From the NCBI GenBank assembly GCA_963781885.1, contig CAWAHW010000001.1, positions 192,001 through 256,000 on the forward strand: a stretch of 64,000 nt of DNA, in the 5' to 3' direction. Position numbers and translations under genes: made by a program. Below, in pieces: positions 49,774 to 59,466 of the stretch. Positions within the stretch are counted from its first letter, which is position 1, and every line of letters starts with the position of its first letter. The notes beneath the pieces are model-generated. The model was given only the letters and a program-made list of their open reading frames with translations, was not told the DNA's origin and searched no databases. The DNA comes from an uncultured Spirochaetota bacterium. GTDB lineage: Bacteria > Spirochaetota > Spirochaetia > SZUA-6 > Fen-1364.

Positions 49774-50862
49774 ATGAATACCCGACCGATCGTACGCGAG
49801 CTCGACGCGCTGATGGCGAAAAACGCCGATGCCTACTACCCCGGCAAGACGCTGGCAGACTGGTTCTCGGCCGCGGGAGACCTCGAGCTCTGGCGGATCA
49901 ATACGCATGCCCTGGCGGCGACGCTCAGCGTGGACCGCACCCGGCTCCTGACGACGTTCGTCCGGCTCGTGAAGGACGGGGTGCTGGACCTCAACTGGGA
50001 CTACCATTGCACTGAATGCAATGCGGTGGCAGGCTCCCATCGGCATTTGAGCGAAGCAACCGCGGGCAATCACTGCCCCCTGTGCAACGTGGATTTCCGC
50101 AACACGCTGGACCGGAACGTCGAGGTGACGTTCACCCCTGCTGTGCGGCTGTGGTCGGTCTCCAAGGGATTCCTCGCGGAGCAGACCCGGCAGACCGTCG
50201 AGCTTCATGCAAAGAAGGCCATCAGGCTCCCCGCGACATTCGTGTCCGGCATGGATTGCCTCCACGTCCCTCTCTTCCGCGAGATATTCGAGACGGAGAC
50301 CCTCTCCTTCCGGGAAAGCCTGCAGGTGGGCCAGGTCTGCATCATGTTCACCGACATCAAGGGCTCCACGGCCCTGTACGAGAAGCGCGGCGATTCCGCG
50401 GCCTACGGGCTGATCCGGGACCATTTCGACATCCTCTTCCGTATGGTCGAGCAGAACGACGGCGTCATCGTCAAGACGATCGGCGACTCCGTGATGGCCT
50501 CCTTCAAGAGGCCGGTCGACGGCGTGGCGGCGGCTCTTGCGATCCAGAAGGCATTCGCCGCGTTCAACCGGCGCGAGAATCTCCGCGACCAGATACTCGT
50601 GAAGATCGGCCTGCACGCGGGCGCCACCATCATGGTGAATCTCAACAATCGGCTGGACTATTTCGGACAGGTCGTCAATATCGCCGCGCGGATCCAGGGC
50701 ACCGCGGAAGGCGGCGACATCGTGATCTCCTCCGAGATCCGCAAGGACCCCGCGTCCGTCCAGCGCATGCGGGGCGCGGTCAGGGGTCTCGCGAAGCGCT
50801 TTGAAAACCTCAAGGGAATCACCGAAGCGAAGGAGGTCTACAGCCTCACGTTCGCTTCCTGA
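49774..50862 (+). CDS. Soluble class III adenylate cyclase with N-terminal double-CxxC (DUF5939-like) domain
   Basis: CTEC and CPLC; MFTDIKGST, VKTIGD, DYFGQVVNIAARI, LKG - a full catalytic set. Confidence 0.9.
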   Translation: MNTRPIVRELDALMAKNADAYYPGKTLADWFSAAGDLELWRINTHALAATLSVDRTRLLTTFVRLVKDGVLDLNWDYHCTECNAVAGSHRHLSEATAGNHCPLCNVDFRNTLDRNVEVTFTPAVRLWSVSKGFLAEQTRQTVELHAKKAIRLPATFVSGMDCLHVPLFREIFETETLSFRESLQVGQVCIMFTDIKGSTALYEKRGDSAAYGLIRDHFDILFRMVEQNDGVIVKTIGDSVMASFKRPVDGVAAALAIQKAFAAFNRRENLRDQILVKIGLHAGATIMVNLNNRLDYFGQVVNIAARIQGTAEGGDIVISSEIRKDPASVQRMRGAVRGLAKRFENLKGITEAKEVYSLTFAS

Positions 50863-50934
50863 TCGGGGAAGGCTGCTTTCCGGCTGCGGACGAGGCGCGG
50901 CCGTGCTATACTTCTCCGCGGAATCAGGGGCTCT

Positions 50935-51144
50935 ATGAAGCAGAATGATGGCGCACCGAGGCGGTGCGCCGCGTGCTCATCCTATCTCCCACAGCATGAG
51001 ACGGGCGTGCGCGTGCCGCTCATCTTGCAGCAGGTGCTTTTTCCCGCCGAGCGCAGGCTCGTGAGCGATACCTGCATCATCACCAACCGGGAAACGCACG
51101 CGAATCGCACGTGCCGTCTCTGGTCGGGCGGCGGCGCGGGCTGA
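50935..51144 (+). CDS. Small Cys-containing hypothetical protein
   Basis: CAAC…C…C pattern; TG-N-TATACT upstream and a GGGG RBS-like site. Confidence 0.45.
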   Translation: MKQNDGAPRRCAACSSYLPQHETGVRVPLILQQVLFPAERRLVSDTCIITNRETHANRTCRLWSGGGAG

Positions 51145-51165
51145 ATCGCGGCTCGGGCGCGCCCG

Positions 51166-51585
51166 CTATGCGCCGGCGAACGCCGCGAGGGCGGGCGCGA
51201 TCATCGTGAGGATCTTGGGCCAGCCGCCGCCCATGCCTTCGAAGGCCGCCTTTCCCAGCGGCGAGTCGAGGTCGAAACCCTTGTGCTCCAATGACAAGCG
51301 CGTCCCGTTGCCTTCGGGCTGCAATCGCCAGGTGATCGTCGTGTCGAGGGTCCCGGGCGCAAAGGAATAGGACAGGAGCCGCTCGGGTTCCACCGCGATG
51401 ACCTCGCACTGCTGCTTTCCGAATCGACCGCCCATGTCGAGTGAGAAGCGATGCCCGACGACGGGGCGCACGTCACCGGCAGCCCACCATTTGGCGTGAA
51501 GGACGGGGTCCGTGAGTGCCTTCCACACCTTCGCAGGCGGATAGGCGATAAACTCTTCCAGTTGGATGACACCGGGTCGTATCAT
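51166..51585 (-). CDS. SRPBCC/AHSA1-domain protein
   Basis: KVWKALTDP, GTRLSLEH, GGGW. Confidence 0.9.
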   Translation of the reverse strand: MIRPGVIQLEEFIAYPPAKVWKALTDPVLHAKWWAAGDVRPVVGHRFSLDMGGRFGKQQCEVIAVEPERLLSYSFAPGTLDTTITWRLQPEGNGTRLSLEHKGFDLDSPLGKAAFEGMGGGWPKILTMIAPALAAFAGA

Positions 51586-51899
51586 TTCTCCTCTTCCTCT
51601 CTGAGAGCCTTCTTCAAAGCCCGCATGCGCTGCGCCCAGTAGTGTTCAAACGGGCGCAGCCAGTCGCTCACCTCCGCCAGTGGGGCCGCTTCCAGGTGGT
51701 AGAAGTTCTGCCTTCCCCGCGCTTCTTCCGACACGAGGCCGAGTGAGCGCAGCACCTGCACGTGCTCGGATATTGTCGGCCTGTTCAGCGGGAACGCGGA
51801 GGCGATCTCCCCTGCGGAGCGCGGACCGTCGAGAAGCAGCTCGAGAATGCGCCTACGGGCGGGATTCGCCAGGGCCCTGAAAACCGTTGCGGCCGGCAT
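51582..51899 (-). CDS. ArsR/SmtB-family regulator
   Basis: FRALANPARRRIL, TISEHVQVL, GLV…RG…Y; ATG at 51899. Confidence 0.9.
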   Translation of the reverse strand: MPAATVFRALANPARRRILELLLDGPRSAGEIASAFPLNRPTISEHVQVLRSLGLVSEEARGRQNFYHLEAAPLAEVSDWLRPFEHYWAQRMRALKKALREEEEK

Positions 51900-51905
51900 G
51901 GAAAA

Positions 51906-51935
51906 ATAATATGTCGGAAATTCCCGACATGTCAA
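51906..51935 (-). promoter_or_regulatory. Promoter with a palindromic operator in the spacer
   Basis: TTGACA-N18-TATTAT on the minus strand; ATGTCGG-N6-CCGACAT at 51911-51930. Confidence 0.8.
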
Positions 51936-51978
51936 GCCGGCCGCGAGCGTGTGCTCTCGCGCGGCCGCGCGCCGCCGG

Positions 51979-52737
51979 TCAGACGATGAGAAGCTCGATG
52001 CCGGCGGCCCTTATTTTGTCACGGGCGTCTTCGGGAAGCCCGTCGTCGGTGAGCACCATGCTCACGTCGGTGAGCTCCATCATCTTGATGAGACTGCATT
52101 TGTTCCACTTCGACGAGTCGGCGACGAGGACGCATTTCTCCGACCTCTGCACCATCTTGCGGGGCACTTCCGATTCGTCGTACATGTGCGCCGTGATGCC
52201 GCTTTCGATGCTGAACCCGGCCGTGCCGATGAACGCATACTTCACGAAGTAGTTGTCAAGCTCCTTGATCGCCATCGATCCGACAATGGCCTCGGTATGG
52301 GGGTGGAGCAGCCCGCCGAGAAGGATGATATTCAGCGAGGGGTTTGTCTTGGCATAGGGCACCACCAGGGTCGAGTTGGTGATGATATTCACATTCTCCT
52401 TGTCCTGGAGGTACTTCAGGATGAGCGCGCCGGTCGTGGTGGCATTGATCATGATCGAGTCGTTGCTCTTCACGAGCCCCGCGGCCTTCTCCGCGATACG
52501 GTTCTTCTCATCAATGCGTATTCTCTGTCGCAGCGTGATTTCAGGGTGGAAGGCGAGCGTTGCGCCGCCGTGCTTCCGGATGATCAGCCCCTTGGCCTCC
52601 AGGATGCTGAAGATGCGACGCGTCGTGACGGAGGAGACGCCGAGCAGCTCGCTCGCCTTCGACACCGAGATGGCATTCTGCTCGGCGAGCAATTGCAGGA
52701 TATGTTGTTCACTGTCCGTTAGCTCCATCGACGACAC
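51979..52737 (-). CDS. DeoR/GlpR-family regulator
   Basis: GVSSVTTRR…KHGGA, EKNRIA, ITNS, LLGG, VADSSK. Confidence 0.92.
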   Translation of the reverse strand: MSSMELTDSEQHILQLLAEQNAISVSKASELLGVSSVTTRRIFSILEAKGLIIRKHGGATLAFHPEITLRQRIRIDEKNRIAEKAAGLVKSNDSIMINATTTGALILKYLQDKENVNIITNSTLVVPYAKTNPSLNIILLGGLLHPHTEAIVGSMAIKELDNYFVKYAFIGTAGFSIESGITAHMYDESEVPRKMVQRSEKCVLVADSSKWNKCSLIKMMELTDVSMVLTDDGLPEDARDKIRAAGIELLIV

Positions 52738-52867
52738 AGCCTGCTCCTTTGATTCGTGCGGACCCCGGGAAGAACACGAGCCTAATTTCTATTCATACCG
52801 CTGTCAATGCGTGATCGTTCCACCTGGAAAGGAAATCACTTCCGCCTCCACGCGTCGCATTGCCCTC

Positions 52868-54037
52868 CTATGGCACGCCCGCGGCCGGGCGGGAAAGCGT
52901 CACGACCTGCGCGCAATCATTGGACTGCAGGGCGGCGGTAAAGAGCTGGTGGCTCAAGGCTGCTTCGCGCGGTGTCGCGCAGCCGGAAAAGCGCGTCCGC
53001 GGCGCACCCTCGGAAAGCTCATGGATGAAGGCCGCCCACATCTGGAGGATTGCATCGGAAAACCCGAACTGGAAAATGGTTCCCGTGATTGTTCTGAATG
53101 TGGAGGAATAACCAATCTCGACTTTCTGCCAGCTTTGCTCGGGCCCCGGGCTGTAGCGCATGACCTCGAGGTACCCCGGGTCCTTCGTGCTGAATCGGGC
53201 GCTTGCACGGGTGCCCAGCACCGTCATGAACCACGTGTTGAGCTCCCCCGGGGCGATACGCTGCATTTTCAGCGTCATGGGAAAGCGCTCCTGCCCGACG
53301 CCCGCCGTCTCGCACAGGAGGGTCGCATTGTCCCAGGTTTCGCACGGCGCGCTTCCCCCTTTGCCGTCAGGTCGCTCGGTGACGATCTTGCTGAGGATGG
53401 CCCTTACATTCAGAGGAAACCAGCCCGCCCGAAAGGGCACGTGGCAGACGTGGAGTCCCAGGTCACCCATGCACCCGTAGCGGCCATTGGTGGCGATGCG
53501 CCGCTTCCAGTTGATGGGCTTCAACGGGTCAAGGTCACTGGAGTGCAGAAAGCCTGCGTCCACCTGGATGATGGAGCCAAAGGCATTCGTCTCGATCATG
53601 CCGCACAGCGCCTGCACCGCCGGCACGAAGGGAAACTCGGAAGAGCAGCGCACGAAGACATCGGGGCGCTCGGCGATCGCTTCCATGATGAGCGCGTTGG
53701 CTTCCTGGTCGATGCCGAACGGCTTCTCACCCATGAGGTGCTTGCCCGCGCGGATGATGTCGCAGTAGACCCCGGCGTGCAGGTTGTGCGGCAGCGCGCA
53801 GTAGACGGCGTCGACGTCACCAGAGGCGATCAGCTCCCGGTAGTCGCTCGTGGCCAGCGTGACCGAGGAAAAATTGTCCGCGAACCATTTCACGGCGGCG
53901 GCGTTTGAGTCGCAGACGGCAGTGAGCACGGGCTTCGGCAGGTCGTCCGTGAGGTGACACCACCGCGCGATCGCGCTGCCGAACTCCCGCCCCATGAGCC
54001 CGCACCCGATGATGCCGAACCTCACTTGTTTTTTCAT
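52868..54037 (-). CDS. Gfo/Idh/MocA-family oxidoreductase
   Basis: GIIGCGLMG, GKHLMGEKP, DLGLH. Confidence 0.9.
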   Translation of the reverse strand: MKKQVRFGIIGCGLMGREFGSAIARWCHLTDDLPKPVLTAVCDSNAAAVKWFADNFSSVTLATSDYRELIASGDVDAVYCALPHNLHAGVYCDIIRAGKHLMGEKPFGIDQEANALIMEAIAERPDVFVRCSSEFPFVPAVQALCGMIETNAFGSIIQVDAGFLHSSDLDPLKPINWKRRIATNGRYGCMGDLGLHVCHVPFRAGWFPLNVRAILSKIVTERPDGKGGSAPCETWDNATLLCETAGVGQERFPMTLKMQRIAPGELNTWFMTVLGTRASARFSTKDPGYLEVMRYSPGPEQSWQKVEIGYSSTFRTITGTIFQFGFSDAILQMWAAFIHELSEGAPRTRFSGCATPREAALSHQLFTAALQSNDCAQVVTLSRPAAGVP

Positions 54038-55164
54038 GCGCGGCTCCCGGCTGCGGATCTGCTCTTCTTCATGGCGTCGAACATGCTCATGATATTCTCG
54101 ACTGGCGTGTCCTCCTGGATGTTGTGACCGGGCGCAAGCACGTACCCGCCTCCGGGAGAAAGTGCGGCTGTCACGTTCTCCACCGCGGCGAAGATGTCCT
54201 CACGGCTGCCGCGCGGAAGGACCTGCTGCTCGTCGATTCCTCCCCAGAACACGATCCTGTCGCCGAATGCCTCTTTCAGCCTTATAGGATCCATGTCCTT
54301 TGCCCGGGTCTGGACAGGGTTCAGGATATCGACGCCCGCATCGATCAGATCTTCGATGAGCGGGAATATCGCGCCGCACGAGTGGAGAAGAATCTTGACA
54401 TCCGCCTGCTCGTGGATGAAACGGAATATGCTCTTGTGGTAGGGCTTCAAGATCTTCCGATAGAGCTCGGGTGACATCTGCGGCCTGTCCTGCATGCCAA
54501 GGTCATCCGCGTAGCCGATCACCTGGACATAAGCACCGAGCTCCCCAAGATATCGTTTGAAATACCGCTTCTGCAGCTCCAACAGCCGATCGTAGAGAGC
54601 CTTCACGAACTCTTCATCGACAAGAAGGTCACAGGCGAGATTCTCATAGCCGCGCAGCTTTTGCGATGTCTCATAGAAGCCGGGCACGCCGAAATCGGCG
54701 ACAAGCGCGTAGGGGCTGTTTTCAAAGAGGTCCCGCGCCCGGTCCTTGATGCCGTGGTAAAGCGCGGGATCGTCGGGATCCGGCAGGCGCATGTTGGCCA
54801 GGTCCGCGATGCCGGCGTCCGCCAGGGGACTGTAGATGGTGTCGAAGTACAGGTGTGGGTCCGCTCTGCGCAGCTTGTTGCCGAATCCATTCTCATAAAC
54901 GCCGTCGACGATTGCGGGCACGCCGACATTCATGCCGACCCTGCGGACGTCGGACTCTGCCAGAAGCATGATGCGCTCGCAGGGCTCGACGGTTCCCATG
55001 GAGTAGTCAATGATGGCGGTGTCTTCGTGGATGCCCAGGAAGCCTTTCAGCTTTTCATGGGCGTGGTAGTCCATGCAGGTGACCACCGTGCCGCCGAAAT
55101 CCACCGGCACCCTGTCGGTCTCCTCGTGACGCAGAGCCCGCGCGACCCGCTCGCGGGACGTCAC
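54034..55164 (-). CDS. Uroporphyrinogen-decarboxylase/MtaA-CmuA-like family protein
   Basis: DRVPVDFGG, ADDLG, LHSCG, LNPVQ, FWGGID, PGHNIQ; GTG start overlaps the upstream TGA. Confidence 0.85.
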   Translation of the reverse strand: MTSRERVARALRHEETDRVPVDFGGTVVTCMDYHAHEKLKGFLGIHEDTAIIDYSMGTVEPCERIMLLAESDVRRVGMNVGVPAIVDGVYENGFGNKLRRADPHLYFDTIYSPLADAGIADLANMRLPDPDDPALYHGIKDRARDLFENSPYALVADFGVPGFYETSQKLRGYENLACDLLVDEEFVKALYDRLLELQKRYFKRYLGELGAYVQVIGYADDLGMQDRPQMSPELYRKILKPYHKSIFRFIHEQADVKILLHSCGAIFPLIEDLIDAGVDILNPVQTRAKDMDPIRLKEAFGDRIVFWGGIDEQQVLPRGSREDIFAAVENVTAALSPGGGYVLAPGHNIQEDTPVENIMSMFDAMKKSRSAAGSRA

Positions 55165-56366
55165 GCGGCGCCCCCAAGGAACGCGCGGGCCGCTTCCCGC
55201 ACGCCGCGGACGACCGCGTTTGCGTGAGCGAAGCGGTCCCATGTCACGGGAATCGATGCCCCCTGCTCCGACATGCCCAGGCCGTCCTCCACGAACGTGG
55301 CGACCATGACGCCGTCCAGGCTGCCCATGCAACCGAAAAGCTTTTTGTAGTAGCCGGGATCTATCGGTGCTGCGTCCTGCAGCTCGATGGTGAGCTTTCC
55401 ACCAAGCGCGGCGCAGAGCGACGTGAAGCTCTCAAAGCCGTACATCGGGGAGTTGTTCACCGCTGTCAGGCCGTCGATCTTCCTGATATTGGCGGCCTGG
55501 TGCGCGCCGTTGCCGCAGAAATGCAAATGGCCGCCGCCAAATGTCGTGAAAATTCTGGAGTAGCGGGGAACGACAAACTTTTCATAGAGATCGGGCCCGA
55601 TCACCACCAGGTCATCGTCGGAGAGCCATACTCCTCCGCGCGGCGTCCACACGCCCTGCAGCCCATTGCTGTACCCCTTGGGCTCCCCGATGTGCTGCTT
55701 CTGAAGCGCCACCCATTTGATCAATGCATCCGTGACGATGTCCATCAGGTCGTGCACGGCCTGCGGCTCGGTGTACATCCAGGTGTAGAGGTTCGTTGCT
55801 CCGCACATCTGGCCCAGCGTGCTGAGAGGGCTGTTGATGTCGGTGAGCCCGACGGGGAGGTCGCTGTGCGCAACCGCGAAGTCGATACAGGAGAGCACCT
55901 TTAGCAATATCGAGCTCGTCTCCGGATCCGGCGGCGCAAGACGCGCGATGTCGCCGACTTCCGCAATGCAGCCGCCCAGGACCGCGGGGTCCTGGCCCGG
56001 GGCGCAGTCCAACCGATACGGGCAGCCGAAAGATGCCGCGGTCACCCCCGTACCGTACCATGGCATGAAGTAGGGCACGTAGTCGTCGTCTATCGCGCGC
56101 AGATGCTCCTCCGCGCTTTTTTCCTGGTAGGCGACCATCACGGCCGGGTCGTCGAAGTAGCCGGCAGGCTTGTCCTGGGACCCGAATGCAAAATAGGTCG
56201 GTGTTCCAACGATGACCGGCACGTCTTGCGCGCGTCTCAACGGCTCGCGTCGAAACGCGCGCGCGATCTTGTCCTTGCGCGGGCCAAGGTCATGGCCTCT
56301 CCACGCCCGCACGTCACCGGCCCGCTTTTCCACTCCGGTTCTTTGCTGTCCGTTCCCGCCTGTCAT
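55161..56366 (-). CDS. Second, divergent UroD/methyltransferase-like TIM-barrel protein
   Basis: TDINSPL, WMYTEPQAVHDL, WLSDDD, LHFCG. Confidence 0.7.
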   Translation of the reverse strand: MTGGNGQQRTGVEKRAGDVRAWRGHDLGPRKDKIARAFRREPLRRAQDVPVIVGTPTYFAFGSQDKPAGYFDDPAVMVAYQEKSAEEHLRAIDDDYVPYFMPWYGTGVTAASFGCPYRLDCAPGQDPAVLGGCIAEVGDIARLAPPDPETSSILLKVLSCIDFAVAHSDLPVGLTDINSPLSTLGQMCGATNLYTWMYTEPQAVHDLMDIVTDALIKWVALQKQHIGEPKGYSNGLQGVWTPRGGVWLSDDDLVVIGPDLYEKFVVPRYSRIFTTFGGGHLHFCGNGAHQAANIRKIDGLTAVNNSPMYGFESFTSLCAALGGKLTIELQDAAPIDPGYYKKLFGCMGSLDGVMVATFVEDGLGMSEQGASIPVTWDRFAHANAVVRGVREAARAFLGGAA

Positions 56367-56372
56367 GCCATC

Positions 56373-57212
56373 CTATCCCTTCACCGCGCCGCTGGTGAGG
56401 CCCTGGACGAACTTCTTCTGCAGCGCCACGAAAAGAATGATGAGGGGGATGATCACCAGCGCCACTGCCGCGGTATACGGACCCCAGGCGATGCGCTGGT
56501 ACGCGGAGAACTTCTGCAGGCCCAGCGGCAGGGTGCGCGGACCGCCGCCCTGCATGGTCACGGCTGCCCACAAGTACTCTCCCCAGAGGATGCAGAACAT
56601 GATGATGGTGACGCAGGCAATGGGTGGCGCGGAAAGCGGCAGGATGATCCTGTTGAGGATGCCCAGCTCGCGCCGCCCGTCGATCCTCGCCGCCTCGATC
56701 AGGTCGGTGGGGAGGATCATGATGTAGTTGTAACAGATGTAGGTGGACAGCGGCAGCTGCCACGCGACGTACGGCAGGATCAGCGTGATGTAGCGCCGCA
56801 TGAGATTCGCCTTGGAGAACATGATGGACATCGGCAGGATGTTCATCTCGCCCGGGAGGAACATCGTGAAGAGGAGCACGGCGATGATGAGATTCGCCCG
56901 CCGCACCCGCAGCCGGGCAAGGGCGTACGCCGCAAGGATCGCCACGTAGATGATGGCGACGGTGGAGGTGACGACCACGATCGAAGAGTTCATGAAGTAG
57001 GTGCCGATGCTCGCCTTCACCCAGGCGTCGCTGTAGTTCTGCAGCGTGGGCGCCTTCGGGAACCACCAGAAATTGGCCAGGATCTCCGCATCCGTCTTGA
57101 AGGAGGTCTGGATGACGAAGAAGATGGGATAGATCACGATGAGGATGAGCACGACGATCAGGACGCGCGGGAGGACCTTTCCCGGTGCGGCACGCAGATC
57201 ACGCCATTTCAT
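56373..57212 (-). CDS. Carbohydrate ABC transporter permease
   Basis: TMs; EAARIDG; WGEYLW. Confidence 0.92.
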   Translation of the reverse strand: MKWRDLRAAPGKVLPRVLIVVLILIVIYPIFFVIQTSFKTDAEILANFWWFPKAPTLQNYSDAWVKASIGTYFMNSSIVVVTSTVAIIYVAILAAYALARLRVRRANLIIAVLLFTMFLPGEMNILPMSIMFSKANLMRRYITLILPYVAWQLPLSTYICYNYIMILPTDLIEAARIDGRRELGILNRIILPLSAPPIACVTIIMFCILWGEYLWAAVTMQGGGPRTLPLGLQKFSAYQRIAWGPYTAAVALVIIPLIILFVALQKKFVQGLTSGAVKG

Positions 57213-58089
57213 GGCTTTCCCCCCGCAGCACGAATGCGCTCACCCCGACGATGGCAAGCACGACGATGGCAAGCGACACACCCATGGAGGCCGCGTAGCC
57301 GAAATTGTTGAAGTTGTAGGCCGTTTCGACCATCCAGATGGGCACCGTCGTCGTGAGCCGGCCCGGCCCGCCCTTAGTCATGATGTAGATGAGGTCATAG
57401 GTCCTGAACCCCAGGATGAAAAGGTAGATCAGGCTCATCTTTATCACGGGCTTCGTGAGCGGAAGGGAGATGCGGCGGATCATCTGCAGACGGCTTGCCC
57501 CGTCGATATGCGCCGCCTCGTAGATGGACGGCGGAATGGTGATGAGAGAGGCGTAGATCATGAGCATCGGCAGGCCCGTGTTCTTCCAGATCTCCACGAA
57601 TGTGATCGACCAGATGGCCACCTTTGGCTCGCTGAGCCAGGCCTTCGCGATGAAGCCCAGCCCCACGACGCGCAGGAGCTGGTTGAGGATGCCCGTTTCC
57701 AGGTTGAAGACGAACTCGAAAAGAAGCCCGACGATCGTGAGCGGGAGGATCACCGGGATGAAAAGGAGCGTGCGGTAGAGGACGCTTTCGGTGCTGCTCA
57801 CCGACTGGAGGCCAAGGGCGATGACCAGCCCGAGGATAAGGGCAATGACCGCCGACACGCCGCCGACGCGCACCGTGTTCACGACGGCCTGCAGGAATAT
57901 CCTGTCGTGGATGAGCAGGTTGAAATTCTTCAGTCCCGCGCCCTTCAGCGCGCCGATGCCTTTCCACGTGGAAAAGGAAAGCACGATGGTCCCAATCTCC
58001 GGGACGAAGACGAAGACCACCATCAAAAGGACCAGAGGGAGCAGGAAGAAATAGCCCGCCCGCCGCTGGGTTGTATCGACACCTCGCAT
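57199..58089 (-). CDS. Carbohydrate ABC transporter permease
   Basis: TMs; YEAAHIDGAS; TKGGPG. Confidence 0.92.
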   Translation of the reverse strand: MRGVDTTQRRAGYFFLLPLVLLMVVFVFVPEIGTIVLSFSTWKGIGALKGAGLKNFNLLIHDRIFLQAVVNTVRVGGVSAVIALILGLVIALGLQSVSSTESVLYRTLLFIPVILPLTIVGLLFEFVFNLETGILNQLLRVVGLGFIAKAWLSEPKVAIWSITFVEIWKNTGLPMLMIYASLITIPPSIYEAAHIDGASRLQMIRRISLPLTKPVIKMSLIYLFILGFRTYDLIYIMTKGGPGRLTTTVPIWMVETAYNFNNFGYAASMGVSLAIVVLAIVGVSAFVLRGESHEMA

Positions 58090-58127
58090 TGATCTTTTCC
58101 CCCGTCTGGTCCGGCGCCACACAAAGA

Positions 58128-58157
58128 GGCCGCCGGCGGCGCAAAGCCCCGGCGGCC
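58128..58157 (-). other. Intercistronic stem-loop after the solute-binding protein gene
   Basis: GGCCGCCGG…CCGGCGGCC 9-bp inverted repeat. Confidence 0.6.
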
Positions 58158-58178
58158 GGTCTTCATAGTAGCACGAAG

Positions 58179-59405
58179 CTATTTGGCGATCGCCTGCTGT
58201 CTGAGCTGCTCGAGATAGGCCAGCTCCGAGTCCACCGTGTTGCTTCCCAGCACGATGTTCATGATCGACTTGTCGATCTCCGAGCCCAGCTCGGGGGAAA
58301 GCGTGGCGACGTCGCGAGGATCGATGTACTGGATCACGTTCGCCGCCTCTTTCGTCACGGGAAGGGTCTTCAGAGCGCCCACGATGCCGAGCTCTTTCCA
58401 GCAGCGCATCTGGAAATCCTGGCCGCCGAACTCCTTGATCAGGGAGACCGCTTCGGCCGGGTGCTTGGTGTTGTAGGGGATGAAGAACCCGTTTGCCCCG
58501 CCATCGATGGAGATGTTGGTCTTCGTGAGCGTGGGCATGTAGGTGATGCCGAGGTCGTTGTCCTTCGTATCCGCGGCATAGAATCCCGCGAGCACGATGT
58601 TGTCGAGGAACATGGCCACCTTGCCCTTGAGATAGGCCGAGGTGAGCTCATCCGCGGTCAGGTTGAAGCAGCCGGGGACCCCGCCGTACCACGCCTCGGG
58701 GTCCTGGAAGAGCTGGGCGACCTTCGTGTAGAAGGTTTTCACAAACGGGGACGTGAAGCTGACCTTGCCCTGGATCCAGTTGTCGAAGACGCCCGCGTCC
58801 TTGGCGGCCTGGCTCAGGTCGCTCCTGGTGATGTGGAAGTAAACGCCGTTCTTCGCGCCCATCAGGGCGATGCCGGTTCCCTTGAGCTTCTTGGCGGCGG
58901 CGATGTATTCATCGATGGTGACGGGCGGCGTGATGTTGTATTTCTTCAATATGGCCTTGTTGTAATACATGATGCTGCCGGAGATGTGGATCGGGATGCT
59001 GTAGTAGTGGCCGTTGACCTTGCCGAGATCCAGGAGCTTCTGGCTGAACGTGTTCTTCCACGCGCCATTGTTGGCTTCCAGGTACGGTGTCAAGTCCATG
59101 GCCATGTTGTCCCGCGTGAACTCCACCATTCTCTCGGGCCAGAAGAACGCCATGTCGTACGGGTTGCCGTTGACGATGCCAGTCTTCACGAGCATCTCGT
59201 GGTTGTTCCAGTCGACGCTCTCTTCCTTCACGGTGTTGCCCGTCTTCTTCTCCCATGCCCGCATCGTTTCGCTCCAGACCTTGTCCCACGACGCGAAGCC
59301 GAACTGCGTCACCGCGCTGAGGGTCACGCCCTGCGCGGCGAGCGTGCCGGTGAACGCCAGCGCGATCACGAGCACGATCAGCCCTTTGACGAATTGCCGT
59401 TTCAT
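58179..59405 (-). CDS. ABC transporter sugar-binding protein (family 1)
   Basis: Signal peptide MKRQFVKG…; DLTPYL, NGHYYSIP, YYNKAIL, GKVAM. Confidence 0.9.
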   Translation of the reverse strand: MKRQFVKGLIVLVIALAFTGTLAAQGVTLSAVTQFGFASWDKVWSETMRAWEKKTGNTVKEESVDWNNHEMLVKTGIVNGNPYDMAFFWPERMVEFTRDNMAMDLTPYLEANNGAWKNTFSQKLLDLGKVNGHYYSIPIHISGSIMYYNKAILKKYNITPPVTIDEYIAAAKKLKGTGIALMGAKNGVYFHITRSDLSQAAKDAGVFDNWIQGKVSFTSPFVKTFYTKVAQLFQDPEAWYGGVPGCFNLTADELTSAYLKGKVAMFLDNIVLAGFYAADTKDNDLGITYMPTLTKTNISIDGGANGFFIPYNTKHPAEAVSLIKEFGGQDFQMRCWKELGIVGALKTLPVTKEAANVIQYIDPRDVATLSPELGSEIDKSIMNIVLGSNTVDSELAYLEQLRQQAIAK

Positions 59406-59466
59406 TTCTCTCTCCTTCATCCTTGAATGTGTTGGAAATAACCGTCGAACGCTCAACCTCCTTCTT

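Noticed and set aside
54034-56366. hemE haem-biosynthesis genes
   Set aside because: The HemE N-terminal RQAGR motif is absent, an HxC motif is present, and the context is sugar catabolism.
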